A stretch of DNA of 63,968 bases, the filler included, from the NCBI GenBank assembly GCA_964501035.1. It is 5 parts of 5 records of this genome, joined end to end, with 100 filler letters (N's around TTAATTAATTAA, not from the genome) between each part and the next. Parts side by side here need not be neighbours in the genome. Positions count along the whole stretch, not along the records: positions 1 to 14,523 come from CAZCRK010000042.1; 4 more parts are not named here. One strand, 5' to 3'. Below the pieces are notes generated by a model. The model did no database searches and was not told the DNA's origin. It saw nothing but the letters and a program-made list of their open reading frames with translations. The position numbers and the translations under genes are program-made. Shown here one piece after another: positions 1 through 10,002 of the stretch. Each line of letters starts with the position of its first letter. Position 1 is the stretch's first letter.

Positions 1-621
1 TATGAACCTACATATTTAGATTTAATTTCCCCGGGTGGAAGTCTATCTGATACCGCAACGACTTCAGTAATGGGTACGTACCCAGTGTTTACATGGTCAA
101 CAGATTTATGCAATGCATGTAACTACGGGATACGTGTGTGTGAATATGACCCTAGTCGACATTCATCATTATCTGATGCAATGAATGACGTGTCATCCTT
201 ACCAATAAATGATAGTAATGGATTTTATTCTCTATCAGATAATATTAATGTGTTTCAATATCCTACAACTGGTGCAATAGATTTGATTGAAGGAAGTTTA
301 TATGTTTGGCAATTACAAAGAACGTATGAAACTACAATAGGCCAAACTGAAGATTTCAGTGAACTCTTTGTTTTTAAAATTCAATCTATGGAAAACATTA
401 CTGAACAGGGTTATAGTCCCACTATGGAGTTACTAAAAGAGCTCATTGGAGATACAAAGTTTAATCAATATTTTGGAGAAAATGGGGATTTAAGAGATTT
501 TTATAACTCTGAGTTAACTATTACGCTTAATGGAAGTGTAGTACCTATTTCAAATCTTTATTCTATTGTTTCACAATTGAATAATGGCAATATTCAAATT
601 ACAGAGATAGGAGTAGAATAA
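1..621 (+). CDS. hypothetical secreted/Ig-like protein, 5'-partial; first visible gene of the FecR-barrel-CHASE2 cluster
   Basis: Frame is open from base 1 (YEPTYLDLISPGG...YPVFTWS); the stop overlaps the next ATG (TAATG). Confidence 0.7.
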   Translation, partial: YEPTYLDLISPGGSLSDTATTSVMGTYPVFTWSTDLCNACNYGIRVCEYDPSRHSSLSDAMNDVSSLPINDSNGFYSLSDNINVFQYPTTGAIDLIEGSLYVWQLQRTYETTIGQTEDFSELFVFKIQSMENITEQGYSPTMELLKELIGDTKFNQYFGENGDLRDFYNSELTITLNGSVVPISNLYSIVSQLNNGNIQITEIGVE

Positions 622-1355
622 TGTTTAAATTAATTTTAAACTCAATTATAGTTTTCTCATTCCTTTGGTCTTTAGAAAGTATTGCAATTGTAACAAAATC
701 TAAAGGTGACGTTACATATAAACACCATGCTACTGAAACGAAGAAAAATGAAATTGATGTAGGTTTAGAAGTATTCAATAATGATTTTATCAAAACCGGC
801 AATGATGGGTTTGTTAAGTTTGTTTATTTGGACGACGGAAGTACAATTAAAATTCACCAAAACTCCGAGTTATATGTTCGAGGTACCATAAATAAAAGAC
901 AAATTGCTAAACAAATAAATATTGATAATGGATTGTTGAAAATTGATGTTTCTAAGCAAAAATCAGATGAATTTTCAATTGTAACACCCACTTCAGTAGC
1001 GTCAGTGAAAGGCACAAAATTTTGGGTAGATTGCGATGGACCAAGTGGTGATAGATTTTTTGGTTTAAATGGTATAGTAAAAATTCAAAATAAAGAGACC
1101 GGCAAAATTGTTGACCTTACAACCAATACTACTGCTGTTTCTCTACCCGATGGTTCCATAGATGTTGGTCAAACCATTCCATCAGAAATGAATGAATTGT
1201 TAGATTTTGAAATTGAATCCGGAGAAGTTGATGACGGAGGTTTTGAAGATGATACTCAAAGTGATACAGTCATTACAAATGAAGAAAATGAACTTCGCAT
1301 TCAAATCAAAGATGAATCTGGAAATACCAAAACAATAGTGATTAAATATAAATAA
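621..1355 (+). CDS. FecR-domain periplasmic protein
   Basis: N-terminal signal/TM; FecR-like motifs DFIKTGNDG, DGSTIKIHQNSEL and FSIVTPTSVASVKGTKFWV; acidic tail. Confidence 0.85.
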   Translation: MFKLILNSIIVFSFLWSLESIAIVTKSKGDVTYKHHATETKKNEIDVGLEVFNNDFIKTGNDGFVKFVYLDDGSTIKIHQNSELYVRGTINKRQIAKQINIDNGLLKIDVSKQKSDEFSIVTPTSVASVKGTKFWVDCDGPSGDRFFGLNGIVKIQNKETGKIVDLTTNTTAVSLPDGSIDVGQTIPSEMNELLDFEIESGEVDDGGFEDDTQSDTVITNEENELRIQIKDESGNTKTIVIKYK

Positions 1356-1375
1356 TTTAACTACTCATCCAATAT

Positions 1376-4300
1376 ATGAAGACTTTTATTACTATATTTC
1401 TATCAACATTATTATATGGGCAAGTTATTCAACATGAAATACCTAAAAGTATCCCAGCTAATTATCCGTATCAAGTACATGTTTTTGTTGATTTAAATCC
1501 ATCTGAAATATATTCTTTTAAGTTAATGTATCGTTTCTCTAATCAAGAAAAATATTATGAAACAAACATGACTTCAACCGGAATTGGAAATTATTTTGTA
1601 GAAGTTCCAGGAAATTTGATTACCCTAGGGGAAATTGAATACTTTTTCGTTCTAGAACTTGCTGAAAATTTGGGATTCATATCATTTCCACAAAGTGAAC
1701 CAATGCAACACCCTGTAACAGTTCCAATAGATATGGATTTGAATATTATTGAAAAAGTAAAGTCAGATAACTTGAATTTACAATCACGAGTTACCATAAT
1801 GAGTCCACAACCAAATTCAAAGATTATGAAAGAAGATCTACTCGTTGCTGTATCGTATTTTCAATCAAATGATATTGATTTAGAAAGTATTATTTTACTT
1901 TTAGACAACAAAGATGTAACCTCACAAGCAACTATTCGCAAAAGTCATTTGGTATTTAATCCAGATAAAATATACCCTGGTGAACATTCAATAAGATTGA
2001 AAATGAAAAACTCAATTGGTATTGATTTTTCGCCTGTTGAATGGGAATTCACTCTTATTACCAGAGAAGAACACAAAGAAAATGAGAAGTCATTTACCTA
2101 TTCTGGCAGAGCTTGGTCGGATTACTCACAAAACACAGTTGATTCACTTCAAATTGAATATAATACAATTAATTATGATATTCGTGGAAATATGGATTGG
2201 TTAAAATTTAGATCAAAAGTAATGATTTCATCATTAGAAAATGAATTCGAACAATCTAGAAATAGATACCTCCTTGATTTTGATACACCTTTTTTAAAGT
2301 TTAATATTGGTGATGTATATCCTAGTTTAGGTCAATATACTCTAAAAGGGTATCGCGTTCGTGGACTTGATTTTAAATTTTCAACAAAGTTGTTTCAACT
2401 CAATTATGTACAAGGTCAATTAGCCAGAGCAACTCAGGGTAATCCTTTGGACAATGCAATCATTATTTCTGACGTTCTTGATAGTACAATTACTTTAAGT
2501 CGATATAATTATGCATTTGATCAAAATATTTATGCTGTCAATATTGGAATTGGTAATCCAAGTAAGTTTCACTGGAATATTAATGCTATGAAAGCAAAAG
2601 ATGATGTAACATCTGTGAATCGAGATGTGGAAGGTGCTAACATTGTGATGACAGATGATATTCAAGAGTTATATTCTCAAGTTTTTGTAGATTTGGATGG
2701 AGATGAAAAATTTGGCAATCCCGACACAATTTCTACAGTTTATACGAAATCCTCTAATTGGATAATTAATGATGAAAACTTACTTGCTCCTCCAGTTCAC
2801 TCAGAATTGTTAGATACATATTTTATAGAAACTATAGCTTTTGGTTCATTATGTGAAGATGAAGATTGTGAAGTAGAACATGACCTCTTGCAATATAAGT
2901 GGATTATTTCTCTGAACAATTTAAATTACAATGGTGATTCGATTCAAATTGGAGACGCCTCTTTAACTACCTATACAATAGAATCGTTATCTGATAATGA
3001 ATGGGAAGGCAAAAAACCAGAAGACAATATTGTTTTTGGGTCTGATTTGTCAATGTCATTTGATAATCAAAAAATAAAATTAAAAACTGGATTTGCATTT
3101 AGTATGTTGAACCAAAATATTTGGACTCCTGTTATGACGATTGCTGAACTTGACACATTAATGGACGAAGATTTAGACAGTTTGATGGCAGGCACCGAAA
3201 TCCCTTTTGACCCTGCTGCATTTGAAGATATTTTTTATATGAATATTAACCAAATACCATTAATACCTATTGACATCACTTCCGAGAAAATTGGACTGGG
3301 TGAAGTTTTAATGATGCCATCATTGGCATATAATATTGATTTATCTCTAAACTATCTTGGTCATAAACTTGATTTTGGTTTTAAGCAAGTTGGCCCAGAA
3401 TTCAATTCATTGTCGAATCCTTACATTCAAAAAGATATTCGTGAACAGTCTTTTTCAGACCGAATGCGATTTTTAGAAAACAGAATGTTTGTCCTCTTTA
3501 AATGGAAACGAACAGAAGATGGGATATTAGAAGAAGAAATAGGTAAGACGGATAGATTTGATTTGAATTTAAGCTTGTACCCAGGAATTGACTTACCAAC
3601 ATTTAATATTGGTTTTGGTTCGTATATTCGAGATAATGGTATTTCTGAATCTGAATGTTATGATGCAGATGGAATATTTTTTACATGTTCAGATACTCTA
3701 GATTTCAATTCGGATTACTTTGAATATTTAGATTATACACTTGTTTCTAGAAAAGAAAGTACAAAATCAAATCAGTTTAATATTTCTGTATCAAACAGAT
3801 TTAATTTCTATGGTAAGCAACATATCAATTTTAATTTGTTTTCATCAGAGAAAACGGATTTAATGGCTGAAGAAAATCAAGGAAATGGGGATTATTATTC
3901 ACCTCGATCACAAAGTAATGCAACGAGTATAAATTTAAAGTCTATTTTTAGTAATCATTGGGAATCAACTACATATTTTAGCCATAGTTATTATGATTAT
4001 GGAGAATCTACAGATACCCATCCAGAGTACTTTCAAAAACAAACAATTGATAGTTTTGATCTTACAACATATTATATACCTACTAACTTCTTGAAACAAT
4101 TATATTCTGGATTTAATTATTCAGTTGGTTCAGGTACAGCTAATTACAATCAATTTGGATTTAAACTAGGGGTAAAACTCGAACCAATACAAAAACTAGT
4201 TGTTAGAGTAAATTATAATATTAAATATAAATCTGTTGAAGAAGAATCAGATACATATAAAAACTCATCTTTAACTGCTAAAATTCAATATCAATTCTAG
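1376..4300 (+). CDS. large outer-membrane protein: N-terminal Ig-like domains plus predicted C-terminal beta-barrel
   Basis: Signal peptide; alternating beta-strand pattern from about residue 240; C-terminal BamA-type signature AKIQYQF; acidic loop insertions. Confidence 0.7.
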   Translation: MKTFITIFLSTLLYGQVIQHEIPKSIPANYPYQVHVFVDLNPSEIYSFKLMYRFSNQEKYYETNMTSTGIGNYFVEVPGNLITLGEIEYFFVLELAENLGFISFPQSEPMQHPVTVPIDMDLNIIEKVKSDNLNLQSRVTIMSPQPNSKIMKEDLLVAVSYFQSNDIDLESIILLLDNKDVTSQATIRKSHLVFNPDKIYPGEHSIRLKMKNSIGIDFSPVEWEFTLITREEHKENEKSFTYSGRAWSDYSQNTVDSLQIEYNTINYDIRGNMDWLKFRSKVMISSLENEFEQSRNRYLLDFDTPFLKFNIGDVYPSLGQYTLKGYRVRGLDFKFSTKLFQLNYVQGQLARATQGNPLDNAIIISDVLDSTITLSRYNYAFDQNIYAVNIGIGNPSKFHWNINAMKAKDDVTSVNRDVEGANIVMTDDIQELYSQVFVDLDGDEKFGNPDTISTVYTKSSNWIINDENLLAPPVHSELLDTYFIETIAFGSLCEDEDCEVEHDLLQYKWIISLNNLNYNGDSIQIGDASLTTYTIESLSDNEWEGKKPEDNIVFGSDLSMSFDNQKIKLKTGFAFSMLNQNIWTPVMTIAELDTLMDEDLDSLMAGTEIPFDPAAFEDIFYMNINQIPLIPIDITSEKIGLGEVLMMPSLAYNIDLSLNYLGHKLDFGFKQVGPEFNSLSNPYIQKDIREQSFSDRMRFLENRMFVLFKWKRTEDGILEEEIGKTDRFDLNLSLYPGIDLPTFNIGFGSYIRDNGISESECYDADGIFFTCSDTLDFNSDYFEYLDYTLVSRKESTKSNQFNISVSNRFNFYGKQHINFNLFSSEKTDLMAEENQGNGDYYSPRSQSNATSINLKSIFSNHWESTTYFSHSYYDYGESTDTHPEYFQKQTIDSFDLTTYYIPTNFLKQLYSGFNYSVGSGTANYNQFGFKLGVKLEPIQKLVVRVNYNIKYKSVEEESDTYKNSSLTAKIQYQF

Positions 4301-6906
4301 TGTCAAAAAAAATAAAACTTAACAAAAAAATAATTCCATATTTTGTAATTGTTTTTCTTTCGTTTTTTATCACATTTATATTACATGGCTTAGGGGCATT
4401 TAGTCTATTGGAAACTGAAATGTATGATTTTAGATTTCAACTTCGAGGACCGCGAACTGGTTGGAGTTCAAATTCTGCAATGTCAATAAAAGCCGAACCA
4501 TTTACTGATAACAATAAAAATGGATTATGGGATAAGAATGAACCATTTCAAGATGTAGGTAATGGTTTCAGAAATCAAAATGAATCCTTTGAAGATATCA
4601 ATAATAATGGAATTTGGGATGATATTGAACCATTTGAAGATAAAGGAAATGGATATAGAGATCCTGGATTAGACATTGTCATAGTTGAAATTGATGATGA
4701 ATCTTATAGATTGATGCCTGACCCTTACCCTTATCCAAGGGGTAAGGTATGGTCAGAAGTAATTCGAAACTTAACAAAAGCTGGAGCAAAAACCATAGTT
4801 TTCGATATTCAATTTGATGCTCCTGATCCAACATCTAGAATTATTGAAAATAATTTTCCAGGGTTGGTTCAAAGGCAAGAATTTGTTCATGGTGATGTGA
4901 ATTTTACCCAAGCAATTCAATTTGCCAAACACCATAATACAGATATTGTTTTAGCATCTAAAATTGGTTTTGAACCAAATCGTATACCACCTGATTATTT
5001 AGTGACACCTACTTATGAAATTATGAAACAAAATCCAATATTAGGTCTTGTAGATCACGAAGTAGATCAGATTGATAATGTGAGTAGAAGATATTCCATT
5101 TTTAATGTATTAAGTGAAAATCCAAGTAAGAAATATTATTCTATTGCAGTTCAATCAGCAATGAGTTTTTTGGACATAGATAAAAATACATCGATTATTC
5201 AAAATATTGATGAGAATTTAATTACAATTGGTTCATTAAATATCAAGCCCTTTCGGAAAGAAGCATCTTTTTTAATTGACTTTTATGGTCCTTCTTCTGG
5301 TTTATACGATACGTTTCCACGATTTTCATTGGCTAGCATTGTAGATACAAAAGATTATGATTTAGTGAATGAATGGGAAGATGATGATTGGATGGATAAA
5401 TATATAAATGATTCACATCCTTTATACCCAATTTTTGCATTTGAGAAGAATCCTTTTCAAAATAAAATTGTTATGATTGGTTCCTCCCTAAAAGAAGATC
5501 ATGATTTCAAAGAAACACCATATTTTACCTATAATGGAAATGAGTTCCCTATGCCGGGTGTTGAATTTCACGCAAATGCTACTCAACAATTAATTCATCA
5601 AAATTACTTTTCTGTCCCAACAGGAACGTTGCAATTACATTCAATGTCATTCTGGTATCATGTCTTGATAATTTTGTTTTTAGTTATTTTTACTACTTTG
5701 ATTGTATATATATTGGGTCCAGTTCAAGCCTTGCTCACAGTGATAATTTTTGGCTTTGTTTGGTTTTCAATTTCTGTTGGAGTCTTTGTTCAAGATTATT
5801 TGTGGTTGATTAAATATTTATTCCAATCAATTTTGAAAGAAAGCTGGTTGAATAGTATAGGAGATTTTGGTGTAGTAAACGTCCCCAATTTTGGAGAATC
5901 AAAACTATTACCCACTATTTTCCCAATTGCTTCCATAATCATTACGTATGGGTTAAATTTATCGTATAAACTTATCTCTGAACAGAAAGATAAAAAATTC
6001 TTAAAAGACACATTTGGCACATATGTTTCACCTGAGTTAATTGATAAAATGTATGAGAATAAACAAAAACCAAAACTGGGTGGTGAAAGTGGAAGAAGAA
6101 CAGCATTTTTCTCAGATATTCAATCATTTACAACTATTTCTGAATCCCTTACACCACAACAATTAGTTGAATTATTAAACGAGTATTTCACAGTTCAAAC
6201 TAATTTATTATTAGAACATCAGGGAACTTTAGATAAGTATGAAGGTGATGGTATTTTGGCATTCTTTGGTGCACCTGTAAAAATGAAAGATCATGCGCGT
6301 CAAGCCATCAGTACGGGTATTGAAATGTTAAATGCCCTAGATGCTTTAAGGGTCAAATGGAAAGCTGAAAATAAATGGTCAGAAAAAGTTCAAAACTTGC
6401 GAGCTAGAATCGGTATTAATGAAGGTGAAATGGTCACTGGTAATATTGGATCAACTTTGCATATGAATTATACAATGATGGGTGATGTTGTAAACTTGGC
6501 ATCACGCTTAGAATCTGGAGCAAAACAATACGGTGTTTATCTTCATTGCACATATCATACATTAGTTGAAGCAGGTATTTCTGATTTTTTGTGGAGAGAA
6601 ATAGATACTGTGCAATTTGTTGGAAAAACTGAATCTCATAAAACAGTTGAAATTTTAGGATATAGAATGTCAGCAACTGAAACACAGTTAAAATTAATAG
6701 AAAACTACCATTTAGGTTTGAAACATTATCGAAAAATGGATTGGGATAAAGCAATACAATATTTCAAAAAAAGCGAAGCATTAGAAGAGGATTTTCCAAC
6801 ACGTCCAACAAACCCCAGCAAAGTGATGTTGCAAAAATGTAAAGAGTTTTTAGATAATCCACCAGCTAAAGATTGGATTGGTGTATCTATTTTATTTGAA
6901 AAATAA
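4300..6906 (+). CDS. CHASE2-domain class III adenylate cyclase
   Basis: CHASE2 motifs YDFRFQLRG, IVIVEIDDES, PYPRG and MPGVEFHAN; TM helices; catalytic FSDIQSFT, DKYEGDG and YTMMGDVVNLASRLE (K/T pair indicates ATP specificity); C-terminal TPR-like helices; GTG start overlaps the upstream TAG. Confidence 0.93.
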   Translation: MSKKIKLNKKIIPYFVIVFLSFFITFILHGLGAFSLLETEMYDFRFQLRGPRTGWSSNSAMSIKAEPFTDNNKNGLWDKNEPFQDVGNGFRNQNESFEDINNNGIWDDIEPFEDKGNGYRDPGLDIVIVEIDDESYRLMPDPYPYPRGKVWSEVIRNLTKAGAKTIVFDIQFDAPDPTSRIIENNFPGLVQRQEFVHGDVNFTQAIQFAKHHNTDIVLASKIGFEPNRIPPDYLVTPTYEIMKQNPILGLVDHEVDQIDNVSRRYSIFNVLSENPSKKYYSIAVQSAMSFLDIDKNTSIIQNIDENLITIGSLNIKPFRKEASFLIDFYGPSSGLYDTFPRFSLASIVDTKDYDLVNEWEDDDWMDKYINDSHPLYPIFAFEKNPFQNKIVMIGSSLKEDHDFKETPYFTYNGNEFPMPGVEFHANATQQLIHQNYFSVPTGTLQLHSMSFWYHVLIILFLVIFTTLIVYILGPVQALLTVIIFGFVWFSISVGVFVQDYLWLIKYLFQSILKESWLNSIGDFGVVNVPNFGESKLLPTIFPIASIIITYGLNLSYKLISEQKDKKFLKDTFGTYVSPELIDKMYENKQKPKLGGESGRRTAFFSDIQSFTTISESLTPQQLVELLNEYFTVQTNLLLEHQGTLDKYEGDGILAFFGAPVKMKDHARQAISTGIEMLNALDALRVKWKAENKWSEKVQNLRARIGINEGEMVTGNIGSTLHMNYTMMGDVVNLASRLESGAKQYGVYLHCTYHTLVEAGISDFLWREIDTVQFVGKTESHKTVEILGYRMSATETQLKLIENYHLGLKHYRKMDWDKAIQYFKKSEALEEDFPTRPTNPSKVMLQKCKEFLDNPPAKDWIGVSILFEK
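4495..4668 (+). repeat. intragenic 2 x 29-aa tandem repeat of EPFxDxNxNGxWD (Ca-binding-like) in the CHASE2 domain
   Basis: EPFTDNNKNGLWDKNEPFQDVGNGFRNQN / ESFEDINNNGIWDDIEPFEDKGNGYRDPG; 174 nt = 2 x 87. Confidence 0.85.
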
Positions 6907-6975
6907 TTTTAAACTCCTTTCACTATTTGCGATAAACAAGAATGTACTAAATTTACCATTCAAAATTTGGATTAA

Positions 6976-8532
6976 ATGAACGAAAATAGACACATACTTT
7001 GGGCTGATGATGAGATTGAATTTTTAAAACCTCATATTTTATACCTTGAGAATAAGGGGTATACAGTTACTGCTGTAAATTCAGGTGAGGATGCAATTCA
7101 CATATGCAATGAAACCTCAATTGATTTGGTTCTATTAGATGAAATGATGACTGGGTTGGATGGTTTAACTACTTTAAAACATATAAAAGATGATCAACCT
7201 GATATCCCCATAATCATGATTACTAAAAATGAAGAAGAGTGGTTAATGGAAGAAGCCATTGCAGCCCAAATAACGAACTATTTAACAAAACCTGTAAATC
7301 CAAGTCAAATTTTAATGGCCTGTAAAAATGCACTTGAACATCAACAAATTCAACGTGATAGAGCTGCTCAAAACTATTTACAAGATTTCCAAAAAATTGG
7401 AGAAGACATCGCATCAGCTTCAACTGCTGATGATTGGTTACATATTTCTGATTCCCTTTCTGAATGGTCAATAACATTTGATAAATTGGGTGACCAAGGC
7501 CTTGGGCAAGTGCTTGAGGATCAAATTCAAGAAGCGAATGGAAAGTTTACACAATTTATTGTTGACAACTATCAATCCTGGATAAATTCTGATTCCAGAC
7601 CTGTTCTATCTCAAGACATAACTCAAAAATTTATAGCTCCATTATTAGAAAAAGATGAAAAAGTGGTTCTTGTTGTTATTGACTGTTTGCGAGCTGACCA
7701 GTGGAAAGCAATGCAATCGCAGTTGTTTCCATTTTTTCGAATTGATACACAGTATCATTATTCAATACTTCCCACAGCAACACCGTTTTCACGAAATTCA
7801 ATTTTCAGTGGACTTCTACCTTCTGAAGTAAAAACAAGTTATCCTGATTTATGGGATAAAATGATGCAAGATGAAACCAGTATGAATCGTCATGAAGATT
7901 TATTTATGAAAGACCAACTGAAACGACTGGGGTTTGAACATAAATCATCTCATTATTCCAAAATTATTGGGTTCCAAGATGGTGATAAACTTGAATCCAC
8001 TATATCAGATTATAAACATATAGATTTGTTATCAATTGTCGTTAATTTTGTTGATATGTTGGGTCATTCTAGGTCAGAATCCAACGTTCTCAAAGAAATG
8101 GTACCCGATGAATCTGCATATAGACATGCAGTATGTTCTTGGATGGAAAATGCGTGGTTGAAAAATGTACTTGAAGAAATTAGTACTTGGGGACATACGG
8201 TTGTAATAACTAGTGACCACGGAAGTATTCGAGTAAACAAACCGATACAAGTGAGAGCAGATAAACAAGCATCAACAGGGGTTCGTTATAAATTTGGTAG
8301 AAATTTAAAAGTCCCGCAAAAAACTGCTTTTACAGTACTTCAACCTGAAGAATTTGGTTTAGCACGATTAGATTTAAATACTGAGTATATCATTGCTAAG
8401 GGTGGGCATTATTTTGTTTATCCAAATCAATTTCATAAGTTTGCAAACCGTTTTAATAATAGCTTCCAACATGGTGGTATTTCCATGGATGAAATGATTG
8501 TACCAGTTGCAATTTTAAAAGGTAAACAATAA
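6976..8532 (+). CDS. porX: PorX-like response regulator (REC plus PglZ/alkaline-phosphatase-family domain)
   Basis: REC motifs ILWADDE, LLDEMM and YLTKP; PglZ motifs VIDCLR, LPTATPFSRNSIFSG, DMLGH, TSDHG and FQHGG; followed by tsaE as in Bacteroidetes. Confidence 0.85.
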   Translation: MNENRHILWADDEIEFLKPHILYLENKGYTVTAVNSGEDAIHICNETSIDLVLLDEMMTGLDGLTTLKHIKDDQPDIPIIMITKNEEEWLMEEAIAAQITNYLTKPVNPSQILMACKNALEHQQIQRDRAAQNYLQDFQKIGEDIASASTADDWLHISDSLSEWSITFDKLGDQGLGQVLEDQIQEANGKFTQFIVDNYQSWINSDSRPVLSQDITQKFIAPLLEKDEKVVLVVIDCLRADQWKAMQSQLFPFFRIDTQYHYSILPTATPFSRNSIFSGLLPSEVKTSYPDLWDKMMQDETSMNRHEDLFMKDQLKRLGFEHKSSHYSKIIGFQDGDKLESTISDYKHIDLLSIVVNFVDMLGHSRSESNVLKEMVPDESAYRHAVCSWMENAWLKNVLEEISTWGHTVVITSDHGSIRVNKPIQVRADKQASTGVRYKFGRNLKVPQKTAFTVLQPEEFGLARLDLNTEYIIAKGGHYFVYPNQFHKFANRFNNSFQHGGISMDEMIVPVAILKGKQ

Positions 8533-8957
8533 TGTTGCAAGGGTGGCGTGGAGGAAAAACTCAATCTGCAGAAGAAAGTATTGCGTTAGGTAAGGAATTT
8601 TCTTCTTTTATCCAACAGGGAGATATCATATCATTAAAAGGTGACCTAGCTTCTGGTAAAACAACCTTTACAAAAGGAATACTTACAGGCTTGGGGTTTT
8701 CTGGAGATGTCACATCACCAACATTTACACTAGTAAATGAGTACGCATCCAAAATACCCGTGATACACATTGATTGTTATCGAGAATCTAATCAAAAGAG
8801 ATGGCAAAATTTGGGATTAAATGAATACTTGTATTCTGATAATATTGTTTTGATTGAATGGGCAGAAATAATTGAAGATATCCTACCAGATGATTTAATT
8901 GTAATTAACTTTACAAACTTGGGTGGAAATGAAAGAGAAATTAGATGTCTAGTTTAA
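8532..8957 (+). CDS. tsaE: tRNA threonylcarbamoyladenosine biosynthesis ATPase TsaE
   Basis: GDLASGKTT, VTSPTFTLVNEY, HIDCYR, LIEW. Confidence 0.95.
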   Translation: MLQGWRGGKTQSAEESIALGKEFSSFIQQGDIISLKGDLASGKTTFTKGILTGLGFSGDVTSPTFTLVNEYASKIPVIHIDCYRESNQKRWQNLGLNEYLYSDNIVLIEWAEIIEDILPDDLIVINFTNLGGNEREIRCLV

Positions 8958-9562
8958 ATATTTTAGCATTGGAATCATCAACCACTGTTTGCGGTGTTTC
9001 TATCTTCATAGATAACAAAATTTTCGACACTATTGAAATTGATGAACCAAGGGTTCATGTGAAAAAATTGCCAGTATTTGTTGACCAAATATTAGATAAA
9101 CATGAAATGTCTGTATCAAATTTTGATGGCATAGCTATTGCATCTGGACCGGGTTCTTATACGGGGTTAAGAATAGGAATGAGTCTTGCAAAAGGTCTAG
9201 CATTTTCACATGATTTGCCATTGGTTCCCATCTCAACATTTGAAGAACTAAACATGCAAATTTCTCACCAAGGGGAATTTTGGATAGCCATTTTTTCACA
9301 TCGTGATTTTGTGTATTGTCAAAAGTTTAACTCACATGTATCAATTAATGAACCTCAGTGTATTCAAATTGAAAACCTTACACACCTTCCAGTTTATGGG
9401 TTTGGACTTCAAGCATTTTCGGATATTTTAGATGTGAATGAAGTACGTCCTTCATCAAAATATGTGGGTAAATTAGCTGTAGATAATTTTGATTTATGGA
9501 AGAAATATGATATACATTCTGTCATCTCAAATTATCTTACTTCGAATACAAGAACTACATAG
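8945..9562 (+). CDS. tsaB: t6A biosynthesis protein TsaB
   Basis: ILALESST and GPGSYTGLRIG motifs. Confidence 0.93.
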   Translation: MSSLNILALESSTTVCGVSIFIDNKIFDTIEIDEPRVHVKKLPVFVDQILDKHEMSVSNFDGIAIASGPGSYTGLRIGMSLAKGLAFSHDLPLVPISTFEELNMQISHQGEFWIAIFSHRDFVYCQKFNSHVSINEPQCIQIENLTHLPVYGFGLQAFSDILDVNEVRPSSKYVGKLAVDNFDLWKKYDIHSVISNYLTSNTRTT

Positions 9563-9567
9563 AATAG

Positions 9568-10002
9568 ATGATTATTCCTGCAGAAGTTAATCATCTAAAT
9601 CAAATTTTAGATATTGAAAATTTATCTTTTAACAATCCTTGGTCGAAAACTCAATTAATGAACGATTTAAATAATGAGATTGCACAAAATTGGGTTTATT
9701 TGGAAAATAATATAATAAAAGGCTATATTTTTGGATGGAATATTGAAGATGAATACCATTTAAATAATATTGCGGTACATCCAGTTTTCAGAAAAAAAGG
9801 GATTGCAAAAGAAATATTAACATTTTGTATTACTAATTTGAAAAAAGAGAAAGTAAAAACAATATATTTAGAAGTGAATACTCGTAATTTACCTGCCATT
9901 CAATTTTACTTATCTTTTGGTTTTGAAAAAATGGGATTACGTAAAAATTACTACGGAAAAAATGAAGATGCTGAGTTGTTTTCACTTAATTTGGAATTAT
10001 AA
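9568..10002 (+). CDS. rimI: ribosomal-protein-alanine N-acetyltransferase
   Basis: IENLSFNNPWS, NIAVHPVFRKKGIA, LEV..N..A..FY...GF, RKNYY; follows tsaB. Confidence 0.92.
   Translation: MIIPAEVNHLNQILDIENLSFNNPWSKTQLMNDLNNEIAQNWVYLENNIIKGYIFGWNIEDEYHLNNIAVHPVFRKKGIAKEILTFCITNLKKEKVKTIYLEVNTRNLPAIQFYLSFGFEKMGLRKNYYGKNEDAELFSLNLEL

Noticed and set aside
6976..8532. BREX defence system suggested by the PglZ domain
   Set aside because: PglZ is fused to REC and followed by tsaE (PorX type); no brxC, pglX or brxL is present. The Lon on another contig is an ordinary LonA.
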